In this document: positions 47,559 through 57,821 of the stretch, one piece after another | How the letters are laid out: every line of letters starts with the position of its first letter | Numbering within the stretch: position 1 is the stretch's first letter | Origin: a virus | Strand: one strand, 5' to 3' | DNA length: 64,000 nt | IMG/VR virus record: IMGVR_UViG_3300020045_002743 | Span: 27,263-91,262 of that record | Position numbers and translations under genes: made by a program | Notes under the pieces: generated by a model | Database searches by the model: none | The model's input: only the letters and a program-made list of their open reading frames with translations | What the model was told of the DNA's origin: nothing

Positions 47559-48138
47559 TGTATTTCTCCTGTCCTAAAACATTACGAATTTGATTTCGTC
47601 TGACTTCTTCATTAGATCCTGCCTTGACACCTCTATCCTTCAACCACTTTTTTTGCTGTGCTGCTGACAAGTTGATGATCTTGATCACGCCTTTCTCTTT
47701 CTCAGCTTGTTCGAAGGTCAGTCCATGAGCATCCATGTAGGTTTTCACAGAGTGGCAATCCAAACATAGGCGTTGTAAACCATCATAGCCCACCATCAAG
47801 ATACTGTCAAAATAATTTTCAAAATCTGACTTCTCAGTGAAGGTATTGTGTCCATCTATGTGATCTATCTGAATATCGGCAATCTTAAACCACTCTTTAC
47901 AAATCTCGCATTGACATTTCCACTTCCTACGGTTTGTGTCATCCATGTCAGGGACAATGCCAAGCTCTAGATAAGAAAGCTTTGTAGGACTAGACATCCA
48001 AGATTTACGGATAGCTCCACGAACAACAGTGAGCATCTTGTACTCAATTGACTTTCCTGTCTCCCTATCAATTTGTTTCAGGAGTTTTTCTAGATTAGCT
48101 TTACGTTTGGCAATATCAGCTTGAGTTGGAAGTGTCAT
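47542..48138 (-). CDS. HNH endonuclease (core replication-module type)
   Basis: C.IC, QIDH, LQRLC..CH..KT. Confidence 0.8.
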   Translation of the reverse strand: MTLPTQADIAKRKANLEKLLKQIDRETGKSIEYKMLTVVRGAIRKSWMSSPTKLSYLELGIVPDMDDTNRRKWKCQCEICKEWFKIADIQIDHIDGHNTFTEKSDFENYFDSILMVGYDGLQRLCLDCHSVKTYMDAHGLTFEQAEKEKGVIKIINLSAAQQKKWLKDRGVKAGSNEEVRRNQIRNVLGQEKYNEQEN

Positions 48139-48151
48139 TTAAGATTCCCAA

Positions 48152-48499
48152 TCATTCTTCAAACACAGGCTTAAAAGCTTTCGTCTTATACTTAGTCACA
48201 TAGTGCTGAGGAATTACAACCTCCGGAACAAGCTCTTGATACTCCTCTACCTTCTCATAAGTTGTGTCGTCCCAATCAGTTCCATCACTGTCACTCCACA
48301 TCCCGTTACGTGTAATACGTACACCTAGGAAGTCACTTGCATCCACTTCACCATCAACTGTTGCAAGATTTTTAACATCTTCCTCATCAATGGTGTGAGT
48401 TACTGTGCAACAGAAAGAAGAGTATTTACGATGTTCTTTCTCAAACTCACCAACTTCTGATACGTAGTCTAGCAGTTCATCTTCAGTAATCTTTTTCAT
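48152..48499 (-). CDS. hypothetical protein
   Basis: 115-aa acidic ORF. Confidence 0.6.
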   Translation of the reverse strand: MKKITEDELLDYVSEVGEFEKEHRKYSSFCCTVTHTIDEEDVKNLATVDGEVDASDFLGVRITRNGMWSDSDGTDWDDTTYEKVEEYQELVPEVVIPQHYVTKYKTKAFKPVFEE

Positions 48500-49566
48500 A
48501 CTTCAATCTCCATTGCTTTTAAAAAGTCTCTGACATGCCCAACATCTTTAGTTACATCAGTACGCATCCTAAGAAGCCTAAATTGCTCATTCAAATGATC
48601 CAGCCAATCTCTTTCGGACTCTTCACCACGGAAGGAAGTGAAGGCTTGTTTTTCTTCACCGTAATGGCCTTTGTATGCGGCAATAACACGTTCAAAAACA
48701 TCTTTAGGTGTCTGTGCTGATGCTAGCATCCCTCTTGCGGTAGTCTCCCCAATACCTTTAGTTTTACGCAGAGAATAGTCTTTATACATTTGATCAGGTA
48801 GCGCAGGAAGGCCAGGAACTGAGTCGATTGTATCACCTTTCAGATGTTGTACAGCCAGATTCTTAATAGCCTCAAGTGGTGTGATTGGAACAAGACCAAG
48901 TTCTGGTTTATCAAAGTTGTACCACAGACATGGAAACTGTGAGATATCTTTATCAATGTAACAAGCTACAGCATCCAGATTCTCATGTTTACGTTTAGCT
49001 TTGATCCAAGCTTTCCAAACTTCTTGTGTTACAATCTCATCAGTTTCAACGCCATCAACAATGATAATCTTATCTTTATATTTCCAGAGCATGTAATCTT
49101 TGACAACTTCATACAGCAAAGGTTTTACAGGACGTTCATTTTTATAGGGTTGAGTCTGTGCAATATCATAACGAAAGTTCTTTCCCGTACCAAAGCAAAT
49201 CTTGAAGTCTTTACACCAATCTTGTCTAGTGATTGCTTCAATCTTATTCTTGAATCTTCCCTTAACAACAGTCTCTGCTGTAATTACAGTTCCATCTTCT
49301 GTGTATGCATCAACAATCTTTGTGACAATTGGTGTGATTTCAAATGCATTTGGTGATACTTTTACTTCACGACTCTCATTAAGAGTAGAAAGCCAGCCAC
49401 CTTCTTTCTTTTTAAAATGTCCAAAGAAAGCTGTTTGATTGGGGAAAACTTTATTCCAGTTAGTTTCTTTGTGTGTGACTAGAACACTTGTCTCTTGTCC
49501 GGCTAAAGCTGCGTGTATAATTAATGTGTCAACGTCGATAATCGCTGTGTATTGTTTATCACTCAC
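48496..49566 (-). CDS. 5'-3' exonuclease (FEN / T7 gp6-like)
   Basis: IIDVD, NFRY....PYK.ER, ETDE, IDKD, GD.IDSVPG. Confidence 0.88.
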   Translation of the reverse strand: MSDKQYTAIIDVDTLIIHAALAGQETSVLVTHKETNWNKVFPNQTAFFGHFKKKEGGWLSTLNESREVKVSPNAFEITPIVTKIVDAYTEDGTVITAETVVKGRFKNKIEAITRQDWCKDFKICFGTGKNFRYDIAQTQPYKNERPVKPLLYEVVKDYMLWKYKDKIIIVDGVETDEIVTQEVWKAWIKAKRKHENLDAVACYIDKDISQFPCLWYNFDKPELGLVPITPLEAIKNLAVQHLKGDTIDSVPGLPALPDQMYKDYSLRKTKGIGETTARGMLASAQTPKDVFERVIAAYKGHYGEEKQAFTSFRGEESERDWLDHLNEQFRLLRMRTDVTKDVGHVRDFLKAMEIEV

Positions 49567-49612
49567 TTATTTCTCCCATCTAAACAAAAGCCCCGTTACC
49601 GAGGCCATGTTA

Positions 49613-49843
49613 TTAAATCTTATTTTGAATACAAATCTTGAATCTCTTGCAGCTTACTAAATTCTTAGCTTTGGCTTTTGCTGCCTTCATAATATCTGCA
49701 ACATCAGCTTTAGGGAAACCATCAGTATTATATTCTTTTTCATAGGTGAATTCTGATTTCAACTCTTTCAGATCCTCTTGCAGAACCAAGATTTCTTGTT
49801 CTAGTTGATATGCTCGATCATATAGGGCTTGTTTCTCTTTCAT
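49613..49843 (-). CDS. small coiled-coil DNA-binding protein (DsbA/GapR-like), C-terminus apparently frameshifted
   Basis: LEQE...LQEDLKELK pattern; alternative-frame tail EFSKLQEIQDLYSK*. Confidence 0.5.
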   Translation of the reverse strand: MKEKQALYDRAYQLEQEILVLQEDLKELKSEFTYEKEYNTDGFPKADVADIMKAAKAKAKNLVSCKRFKICIQNKI

Positions 49844-49859
49844 GTAATTCTCCTTAAAA

Positions 49860-50111
49860 TTAAAGTGCTTGGATAGCTTTGAAAATTAACTTCTTAGCTT
49901 GACTTGGTGCTTGTGCAAGTTTCTTGTCAATCAGGGCATCTGTAAGATCGTACTCCCAACCAGAATTACCAAATGGACGCTTACCACTAAAGCCTTCATC
50001 TTCGTCCCATAATGTGAACAGAAGTGCTTTAAGATATCCTTTTACTGTGTCTGCGCCAGAATCGTTTTCCTCTAGTGGACAATTCAATACAGCTTGAATA
50101 TCTACTGTCAT
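49860..50111 (-). CDS. hypothetical protein with EGFSGKRPFGNS motif
   Basis: AAGGAGAG RBS at ATG 50111. Confidence 0.65.
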   Translation of the reverse strand: MTVDIQAVLNCPLEENDSGADTVKGYLKALLFTLWDEDEGFSGKRPFGNSGWEYDLTDALIDKKLAQAPSQAKKLIFKAIQAL

Positions 50112-50158
50112 AAATCTCTCCTTAAATAATTGGCACAATCCCTGTGCCTTGTTTTGTC

Positions 50159-50899
50159 TTAGATAATCATCAACAGACGATCACTGATACGCATGAAAGG
50201 CAAATCTTCCTCGAAAGAAGTATCTACATCATTTTTCTGTGGAACTGGGTTTGCTTTCTTAGGCGCTACAGTGGCTTCCTCTTCAGCAGGCTTAGCCTCT
50301 ACCTTCTTCACCTTATAGCTAACACCAAGAACATCGTCATCCACAGAATCAGACGAACCTTTACCTTCATAAGCTACGTGCTCAATCACTTGAACAGTGT
50401 CCAGAGTAACAGTCAGTTGACCGTCCTGATTCTTGTACCCAAAAAGCTTCAGATTAACAACAGAGCCATTACCCACGTTCTCAGTGAATGCATTACCTTC
50501 TGTATCAATCACGTTAACGTTCATTACCAAGCCCCTCTTTGAGAACTCGGGCTTGGTAATGTTAAAGCCCCACAGACCATCCACCAGATCATAATTAGCT
50601 TTGCCTTCTTCCACTTGTGAAGATAAGGCGTATTTGATTTTTCGAGGTGGCTTACTGGTTTTGGTGATACCTACTTGGGAGAAGGACTTGTTAACCATCA
50701 CTTCATCTAGCAAACGATCCTTAGCCTCTTCATCCACAAAGACCGTAGCACTGAACTCTTTGTCCACGCTTTGATATTTAAGCTTTGGTTCATGTACTGC
50801 CGCATAGTAAACTACAGCATTTTTGATATAGACGTTAGCTGTCTCTAGCGTGCCAGATTTAGGCAAGTCACGTACAATTACTTCAGTTTTGTTAGTCAT
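50159..50899 (-). CDS. single-stranded DNA-binding protein (T7 gp2.5-like)
   Basis: VGNGS motif, acidic tail with EEDLPF. Confidence 0.72.
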   Translation of the reverse strand: MTNKTEVIVRDLPKSGTLETANVYIKNAVVYYAAVHEPKLKYQSVDKEFSATVFVDEEAKDRLLDEVMVNKSFSQVGITKTSKPPRKIKYALSSQVEEGKANYDLVDGLWGFNITKPEFSKRGLVMNVNVIDTEGNAFTENVGNGSVVNLKLFGYKNQDGQLTVTLDTVQVIEHVAYEGKGSSDSVDDDVLGVSYKVKKVEAKPAEEEATVAPKKANPVPQKNDVDTSFEEDLPFMRISDRLLMII

Positions 50900-50975
50900 T
50901 TATTTCTCTCTATCAGTTGTGTATTTTATATGTTCACAATATTGTGAGGTATTATCTACGTTTCCGTAAATTCTT

Positions 50976-51275
50976 TTACATAAACCCTACAGCAATCCAA
51001 CCAAACAATAGGGCTACAGCGGGAAGGAGAATCCAGACAATAATACTGCTTGTCCAATCTTCTTTATCCTTATTCTCTTTGACTCCACGATTACTCAGAA
51101 TCAAACCTGTTACAAGTGTAAAGCCGTATGCATGAGCAATACTCAGAGATTTAACACCAAGAGGTACAATAAACCAACCCCAAAGAATTGTCAACACCCA
51201 AGCATTGTAGATACACAGTAGAGTAAATCCTACAACGCAGCCAATAACCAACCCTAGTATTGAAAGTGCTTTCAA
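50976..51275 (-). CDS. membrane protein
   Basis: LW.WF.VP.G motif; 3 TM. Confidence 0.6.
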   Translation of the reverse strand: MKALSILGLVIGCVVGFTLLCIYNAWVLTILWGWFIVPLGVKSLSIAHAYGFTLVTGLILSNRGVKENKDKEDWTSSIIVWILLPAVALLFGWIAVGFM

Positions 51276-51289
51276 TTATTTCCCCTTAA

Positions 51290-51529
51290 TTAATGTTTCG
51301 TTGGTTTCTTCCCAACAGAAATATCTACAATCTCCGTCTGAGCGTCTTCCCGTTGAAGAGCATCTTCGACATCCCCAAGTCCACCAAAGATATCCATCAG
51401 AGAATCTTTTAGTTGTTTACTTTGCAGACTACGCCAAGAAATATAATCTTGGAAGTCACTGAATTCATATTCAACTGTTGTGGATAGTTCGACTGTTCGG
51501 GATGTTTCAGTGATTTTAATTGAGCCCAT
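51290..51529 (-). CDS. hypothetical protein
   Basis: 79-aa ORF. Confidence 0.5.
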   Translation of the reverse strand: MGSIKITETSRTVELSTTVEYEFSDFQDYISWRSLQSKQLKDSLMDIFGGLGDVEDALQREDAQTEIVDISVGKKPTKH

Positions 51530-51934
51530 TATTCAGCGAACCTGTTTTTCAGACAACAATACAAACTCTTGCTGATAGATCTTAGCCGTGGTTTTACCAA
51601 GTTCTTGCTTTACAGTTTTAAGATATGTGCGGGCATCCTTTCGAGTTGATGCATTAGCGTACACGTTTTGTTCATCTGCTACTACGTATTGGATTAGGGT
51701 GTTCATTTTATTTCTCCTCAGTTAAGTCGGTCTTGAATAAATTTATTTTTAGCTTGTTCTGCATCTGTTGCAGTAAGAGCGGTGACTTGCAAAATAATAT
51801 CTAGTTCAGGAATATAGTAAGCATTCCAATATTCTGCACCATTCTCACCAGCATCAATGCTAGCCTGCGTTTCAATTGTTACTTCTTTCATCTTCCCTCT
51901 CCTTCATTCAGCTTGATATTTAATTTACACGTAT

Positions 51935-51963
51935 ATTATCGCATGATAAGGGTGTTGTGTAAA
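51935..51963 (-). promoter_or_regulatory. sigma70-like promoter
   Basis: TTTACA-17-GATAAT. Confidence 0.5.
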
Positions 51964-51967
51964 GGTT

Positions 51968-52546
51968 TTATTTTGAGATTTCTTTCTGAGCAAACTCAAA
52001 CAGTTCTTTGTTGCTACGACCATTCACGACGCTTGAAATCGTTGTACGTGGGAAGCCCAGAATAGTGGCAATCTCGTTTACCCCTTTGCCTTCAAAAATA
52101 TGTAAAGCAATGTCACAAATCTGTGATTTTGTCAGTTTCTTAGTATTCGGACGTTTCTTTGCATTGATTTTACCTTTACTGACACCATCTTTAGTCTGAT
52201 CACTATGAGTTGCCCATTCCAAATTAACCAAATGGTTATGATTCTTATCATAGTCTTTGTGATTGACAGTAGGTTTATTCTCAGGATTTTCTAAGAAAGT
52301 AAATGCTACTGCACGATGCACATAAACATTCTTTTGACTTTTATTCTTACGTAACGGAAAGAATTTATAACCGTTCCCATTATCGTGAATATTTACTAAC
52401 TGCAATGTTTCATGATCATAGCACCTTCCATGAGAAGAAACACTATATCTTTCACATAAAATTTCAATACCAATAGGTTTCCAAACTTCAGTTGGATCAC
52501 TTACTTGTTGCAGAGAATACAAGCTAATCTTTTTATTAATGCACAT
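51968..52546 (-). CDS. NUMOD4/HNH homing endonuclease
   Basis: EVWKPI, Y.VSS.GR, VHRAVA..F, VNHKD....N...NLEW. Confidence 0.88.
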   Translation of the reverse strand: MCINKKISLYSLQQVSDPTEVWKPIGIEILCERYSVSSHGRCYDHETLQLVNIHDNGNGYKFFPLRKNKSQKNVYVHRAVAFTFLENPENKPTVNHKDYDKNHNHLVNLEWATHSDQTKDGVSKGKINAKKRPNTKKLTKSQICDIALHIFEGKGVNEIATILGFPRTTISSVVNGRSNKELFEFAQKEISK

Positions 52547-54782
52547 CTAGGTAACATCCCCCTGATACTGCTGTCCCTGTGACAGCTACTTTTAATTTAA
52601 GAATCTCAGAAGATTTACCATACATCTGAGTCATTACTTCTTTTACTTGCTCTACATATTCAACAGGACACTCATCTGTCAATTCGTCGTGCACAGATAG
52701 AACTTGCTTTGACTTGATACCAAGCTTCTCATACTGATCATTTTTCCACACAATAGCCACATTCTGCACCATTGCCTCACTACCCATCAACAGGTAATTC
52801 AACAGTTTGTGTTTAGAGTTGGACCAAACCCAAGCACCACCAGCAACTTGAATATACCCACCACCATTCCAAGTATGCTTATTAAACTGAGCTTCAAGCC
52901 TATCAATCAATTTCTTGATCTTTGGTAGACGTGTGAAGTAAGCATCTTTAATTTTCTTACCCTTACGGCTGTCGGCATAACCCAAAGTCCGTGCAAACTT
53001 ATCATTACCGCCACCAAACAGCAAGCAATAAATCCCGTTCTTAGACTTCTTCCGACGATTACTTAGGGGGTGAATCAAATCTAGATCCTGTGTATCAATA
53101 GCCTTCAACCACTCATCATCACTGGCTAAGGTAAAATACCTCATGTTAAAGGTGTGGGCATCTGTTCCTACATAAACCTTGTACCATCCATCCTCCATGA
53201 CTTCACAATACTTCTCAGGCTTTTCATGAGGAGGATACATTTTGAATTCTTCACCTTCGGTCACAGCCAATGTGAATTCATCATCCTCCATATAATTTGC
53301 AAGTAATCGAAGCTGTGCAGAGTCCATATCCGTACTTACAAGATAATGTCCTTTCTCAGCTACCCAAGGTCTACGCATATGCTGCCCAAACAAAGCTGCT
53401 GGTGACGGACAGTTCACAAAACCAAATTGAGCATGTCGCCCTGTAGAGGTTGCAAATGCATTGCTTCCGCAGGATAGCCGCCCATCTTCACGAATCTGAT
53501 TAATCCAACCCTTCTCATCATTCTTTTCATTCAACATAGTACGACGACGATGAACATAGGTGTTGTATTGTGCAATCTTTTGACCTACACCTTCAGGGAT
53601 ACTATCAAAGCTTGCTTCTGTTAGTTTAGGGCTGCTAGGAACACGATTACCTTTTTCATCCTTGATATCATTCCCATGTACGTCAGTTTTATAGTTGAAT
53701 TCGATTGGGACCCAACCCAAAGTCAATAGGAACTTCTTAACAACCTCATGTTGTGACATTGTAGCGTCTTCAAAGAAGATTTTTGTATGCGGCCCTTGTA
53801 CAAGGAAATCTGAGACTGTTGGGTCTGTATCAATTTCAAACCATGCAGCAGTGTGAGAATCATAATTACCATTTTTCAAGAATATCTTGATTGTTGGTGT
53901 GTATGATTCTTTCACTTGCTGCTTTACAATTTCACCTTTCTTCTTAACTTCCTCAAATACCTTTGCAGGTGCCTTGAACATCCAAGGGGTTTTTGAATCT
54001 TTATTCCATTTATCAGCAAGTTCCTCCCAAGTGCATTTCAAGGATTTAACTTTCATAACTTTAGGCAGTTGTGGCTCAATCTCATCAACCAAATCTTTGA
54101 TAAGCTTATCAAGAGTTTTCACACTATCCCAAAGCATATCTACGTTAGCCTTAAACCCATTCTGCTCTTGTTTCGTGCAACGGTATTGCGTGTACTTAAT
54201 TACGTTGGTCTGCCATGTTGTATCAACACCAATTTCTGCAAGTTTCTTCTTTTCATTCTGAAGATAAACCAAGGTGCGGCGGTTAATTTCAACGTCAGCA
54301 AGACAGCGATACATCTTTTCATCATCCCAGAACGACCAATCTTCAATAGGAGGCTTTGGATAGTTGAAACGTACACCATAAGACTCAAGGCCGTGATTAC
54401 CTTTAACACCTTTCACATGTGGGCGATCAAACCACTGAGTTTTACTTTGTACATATGTGTCGTGAGTCTTCTTCAAAGGGACTGTCTTACGGTTCCAAAG
54501 ATCAGGATAAAACTTCTCAAAAACATGATAGTCATATGACATATAAGCATGTGCCGTTGAAGACGCACAGCTAATCATGTAGTGAATCCCATCCAACAAA
54601 CTTCCGTGTACGGGGTATGCAGTCTGTTCATCCGTAAAGATAGCAAACTCATGGGTATAGAAATCCTGAGCCACAATCACATACAGTTTTGTAATAGAAT
54701 CTAGTAGCCCATTACCTTCGGTGTCGAAGATGACGTGTCTGTTTGGAACCAACTGTTTCATATATTTAAATTCAAAATCCAC
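52536..54782 (-). CDS. DNA polymerase, family A, with 3'-5' exonuclease domain
   Basis: FDTE ExoI; TGR; motif A D....QLR; motif B R..SKNGIY..LFG; motif C VHDE. Confidence 0.95.
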   Translation of the reverse strand: MDFEFKYMKQLVPNRHVIFDTEGNGLLDSITKLYVIVAQDFYTHEFAIFTDEQTAYPVHGSLLDGIHYMISCASSTAHAYMSYDYHVFEKFYPDLWNRKTVPLKKTHDTYVQSKTQWFDRPHVKGVKGNHGLESYGVRFNYPKPPIEDWSFWDDEKMYRCLADVEINRRTLVYLQNEKKKLAEIGVDTTWQTNVIKYTQYRCTKQEQNGFKANVDMLWDSVKTLDKLIKDLVDEIEPQLPKVMKVKSLKCTWEELADKWNKDSKTPWMFKAPAKVFEEVKKKGEIVKQQVKESYTPTIKIFLKNGNYDSHTAAWFEIDTDPTVSDFLVQGPHTKIFFEDATMSQHEVVKKFLLTLGWVPIEFNYKTDVHGNDIKDEKGNRVPSSPKLTEASFDSIPEGVGQKIAQYNTYVHRRRTMLNEKNDEKGWINQIREDGRLSCGSNAFATSTGRHAQFGFVNCPSPAALFGQHMRRPWVAEKGHYLVSTDMDSAQLRLLANYMEDDEFTLAVTEGEEFKMYPPHEKPEKYCEVMEDGWYKVYVGTDAHTFNMRYFTLASDDEWLKAIDTQDLDLIHPLSNRRKKSKNGIYCLLFGGGNDKFARTLGYADSRKGKKIKDAYFTRLPKIKKLIDRLEAQFNKHTWNGGGYIQVAGGAWVWSNSKHKLLNYLLMGSEAMVQNVAIVWKNDQYEKLGIKSKQVLSVHDELTDECPVEYVEQVKEVMTQMYGKSSEILKLKVAVTGTAVSGGCYLDVH

Positions 54783-54839
54783 TCTTTACTCCTTAGTTCA
54801 TCAATTCTGTTTGAATCCCGTTGGACTAATTAACAACCT

Positions 54840-56633
54840 TTAGTAAGGTTGGTCATCGCCTGTACTCACTGGGTTTTCTACCATATCATAATTTGTTTGA
54901 TATTCATAGTCCATTGTAGGACCATTTCCATTTGCTGCCATCCAATCATCCTTATCCCACAATTGGTGTGTCCGATTATCGTAGTAGTATTCACCAGCAT
55001 TGCCTGTGTTACCTACACCTCGTGCCTTGGTCAGCTTAGCTCGTGTAGTGTTACGCTCATCAGGATCTTCAGCTTCTTTATCCCGCATAAGAATAATGTT
55101 AATACCACCACTTTTAAAGATACTGCTGTGGCCGTGCATATCTTCTTCAGACAATTCAGCACCACGACTGTTTGCTTTACTCCCTTGCCCACTTTTGCGG
55201 CTGTGATTAATGTTAATGAAGATTACACCTTCACGTTTACGAACATCTTTCTGCCACTTCATGAACTTAGCCTGTTCGTCATCACCCAAGGCATCAAATA
55301 CATCCTGCAATGGATCTAGGATAATTACTTTGCATCCAAGACCAACAATCAAATATTCCACACGGGCTTTCAGATTTTCAACATCACTATCAACAAGATA
55401 GAAACGAGGATCACCATTTTCATCCTGCCACAACTGTTTACGTTTTTCAATGTTGACAGGATCTTTCAGGTATGCAACACGTTCTTCTGTGCTTTCTAGA
55501 AGATTCAACTTGAATTGGCAATAACTGCTGCTCAAGTTTACACCATATTCACCCTCACCAACTTCAAGACTGACAATACCAACACGCAAACCTGATGTCA
55601 TAATCCAGTGAAGAATCATTGCATCTGCAAATGTAGATTTACCTGTACCCGATGCACTTAGAATATTCACAATGCAATCTTGTGGAATCCCCCCACACAA
55701 CATACGTTCAAGCTTATGCATAAACGGAGGAAGTGAAAGACGTGGAGTACTTACATACTCTAGCATCTTGGCTTCAAGATCAAGACTAGAGGTTACACCT
55801 TCTGGAACAAATTGGCGTGCCTTAAAGAAAAGGTTAATCCATTCTTTTTGTTTACCTTCTTCAAGGTATTTGTTGCAATCTTTAAGTGCCATATCCATCA
55901 AGAATACTTTACCACGGGGCAATACTTTCATTACCTTCTCAGCAGATGCTCGGCCAACATCATCTGAATCATAGGCAATAATCAGACGCTCAAAACGATC
56001 AAACCACTCGTACTGGGCTTGGATCTGCTTATGACTCCCACTCTCCCCAATGGTACTAGAAACCACAGGAATAGCCTCATAGTCTCCATTACCTTTGCTT
56101 ACTTGATATTCACGCAACATTTGGAATGCACTTAAACTATCTAGTTCGCCAGAGGTGATTACACAGTATTTACCTGAAGCAGCTTTAAACTTAAACTGCA
56201 TAAACAAATCACACAATTTACCTGTTTCGCCAATAGCACCAAAGGTTTTTGGTACTCCTCTCCATTTGTAACCTGTCAGCTCAAAGTCCGTAGTAGTTGG
56301 ATAGTATTGTTTTGAGACATTACCTTCTCCATCAAACTCATGACGTACACCAAAAGCTTGGCATGTGCTCTTAGTGAGACCTCGAAATCCACGAGGATCA
56401 ACAGAAGTAATCCCTTTCAACTCATTATGAATTTCTTCATTAAATTCAGCACCCACTAATTCATACTCCTTTTCTTCTACATAATTGGTTGATTCACTGC
56501 CACGAACAATGATTCCGTGCCTAGCAAAGCAAAATTTCCCACCATCAGAATAGACAGCAAGATTGTTCATTGAATTATCTCTGCCCTCAGCCTCACACCT
56601 TGGGCATTGTTCCTTTCGGACTACTTCCGCCAC
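54840..56633 (-). CDS. DNA primase-helicase (T7 gp4-like)
   Basis: CPRC zinc finger, TOPRIM (GELD, DSD), Walker A SGTGKST, SLE, ILDP; probable GTG start 56633. Confidence 0.93.
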   Translation of the reverse strand: MAEVVRKEQCPRCEAEGRDNSMNNLAVYSDGGKFCFARHGIIVRGSESTNYVEEKEYELVGAEFNEEIHNELKGITSVDPRGFRGLTKSTCQAFGVRHEFDGEGNVSKQYYPTTTDFELTGYKWRGVPKTFGAIGETGKLCDLFMQFKFKAASGKYCVITSGELDSLSAFQMLREYQVSKGNGDYEAIPVVSSTIGESGSHKQIQAQYEWFDRFERLIIAYDSDDVGRASAEKVMKVLPRGKVFLMDMALKDCNKYLEEGKQKEWINLFFKARQFVPEGVTSSLDLEAKMLEYVSTPRLSLPPFMHKLERMLCGGIPQDCIVNILSASGTGKSTFADAMILHWIMTSGLRVGIVSLEVGEGEYGVNLSSSYCQFKLNLLESTEERVAYLKDPVNIEKRKQLWQDENGDPRFYLVDSDVENLKARVEYLIVGLGCKVIILDPLQDVFDALGDDEQAKFMKWQKDVRKREGVIFININHSRKSGQGSKANSRGAELSEEDMHGHSSIFKSGGINIILMRDKEAEDPDERNTTRAKLTKARGVGNTGNAGEYYYDNRTHQLWDKDDWMAANGNGPTMDYEYQTNYDMVENPVSTGDDQPY

Positions 56634-56647
56634 AATCCTCTCCCAAT

Positions 56648-56893
56648 TCAAATGCTTTCAAGAATAGCCAATGCTTGCTTAACACTCTCACGTACATTGT
56701 CAAGAGTGTCTTGTGCATCCTGCCCTTCCTCAACAGCCCTATCCAATTCCTCTTGACTATACGTTCCCTCCATAATCTTCTGGACAAACCCCGTCAGATC
56801 CATATCCCCACAAAACAGAATGCCAGAATTAGAGAAACTTAGCAACTCATCTTTGGAATAGATATTTAGGTTAATTTGTGAGATGTCAATCAT
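56648..56893 (-). CDS. hypothetical protein
   Basis: AGGAG RBS at ATG 56893. Confidence 0.55.
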   Translation of the reverse strand: MIDISQINLNIYSKDELLSFSNSGILFCGDMDLTGFVQKIMEGTYSQEELDRAVEEGQDAQDTLDNVRESVKQALAILESI

Positions 56894-56903
56894 ATTAAAT
56901 CTC

Positions 56904-57266
56904 CTACCAAGATGCTGATACAACTTCTTCGTCACCATAACTGAGGGTGCAGAAAGCCCCATAACTCCAACCTGAGCCACTGCCGGCGGAAAGCTCATAG
57001 CCGAGAATTAAACCTTTTTCTTGGCCGAGATCAAATATAAAGTTAGCAACCGTACGCTCATATTCAAAAGAATTCTCGTTATAATCAATCTTCACAACAT
57101 CCAGCAAGACAGCGTTGTCGCAGTTATCCAGATCTTTTACTGAATCAACAATTTCAATACTAGCCCACCCACAGCAATCACCGTCATCTTGACTAATGGA
57201 CAGAGAGAAAACAACCTCTTTGTAAGTTTTTCCAATCAAGTGCTGCATAATCTTTTCAGTTTTCAT
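56904..57266 (-). CDS. hypothetical protein (DCC motif)
   Basis: GDCC and GSGWSYG motifs. Confidence 0.6.
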   Translation of the reverse strand: MKTEKIMQHLIGKTYKEVVFSLSISQDDGDCCGWASIEIVDSVKDLDNCDNAVLLDVVKIDYNENSFEYERTVANFIFDLGQEKGLILGYELSAGSGSGWSYGAFCTLSYGDEEVVSASW

Positions 57267-57664
57267 TCTACAAATTCCTCATTCCAAGATTCGGCTTGTT
57301 CAAACAATTTCTCTGCGTCATAGAAAATTGACCCAGCTTGATCAACGCTATCAATGCTTGAATAATAGCTGTCACCATCATGATGGTAATCCCAACCAAG
57401 CTGATAGCTGCAAACTTCACCTGTCTTGAAGGCGATATGAGCATTAAAATAACTCACATAACTATGACAATCAAAGTGAGGTTGATCCCACATTGTACAA
57501 TCTCGGTTGAATCGTGCAAATGCTGGATGTTTAGGGTAGATGTAAAGGTATACACACCACTTGTTTTCACCATCATATCCAATGTGTTTGGTCACAGAGA
57601 CAAGAAAGTTAGTCCCTTCTTTCTTCCATTCTTGTTTTGGTTTCCAGTCTTCTAGATTTGCCAT
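57263..57664 (-). CDS. hypothetical protein
   Basis: W.VY.YI...HP, GWDY.H motifs. Confidence 0.65.
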   Translation of the reverse strand: MANLEDWKPKQEWKKEGTNFLVSVTKHIGYDGENKWCVYLYIYPKHPAFARFNRDCTMWDQPHFDCHSYVSYFNAHIAFKTGEVCSYQLGWDYHHDGDSYYSSIDSVDQAGSIFYDAEKLFEQAESWNEEFVE

Positions 57665-57821
57665 TACTCAATCTCCTTAATCCGTTTGATCACACTATCC
57701 GAAACATCTTTAATCCCCCAGTAGATATCAGCATGAGCTTCATCGTCTTCTAGGTCACTCATGGCTGTCATAGCATCACTCAAGCAATCTAGAACTACTA
57801 ATAGAATTTCTTTCTCGTCCA

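Noticed and set aside
11552-54782. Group I introns or inteins in terL, MCP, nrdA/nrdB or DNA polymerase
   Set aside because: All ORFs are continuous, of normal length and lack intein splice motifs; the HNH genes are free-standing
44215-54782. Z-genome (2-aminoadenine) or other hypermodification system
   Set aside because: No PurZ or modification synthase in the window; the polymerase motif-B variant alone is not diagnostic
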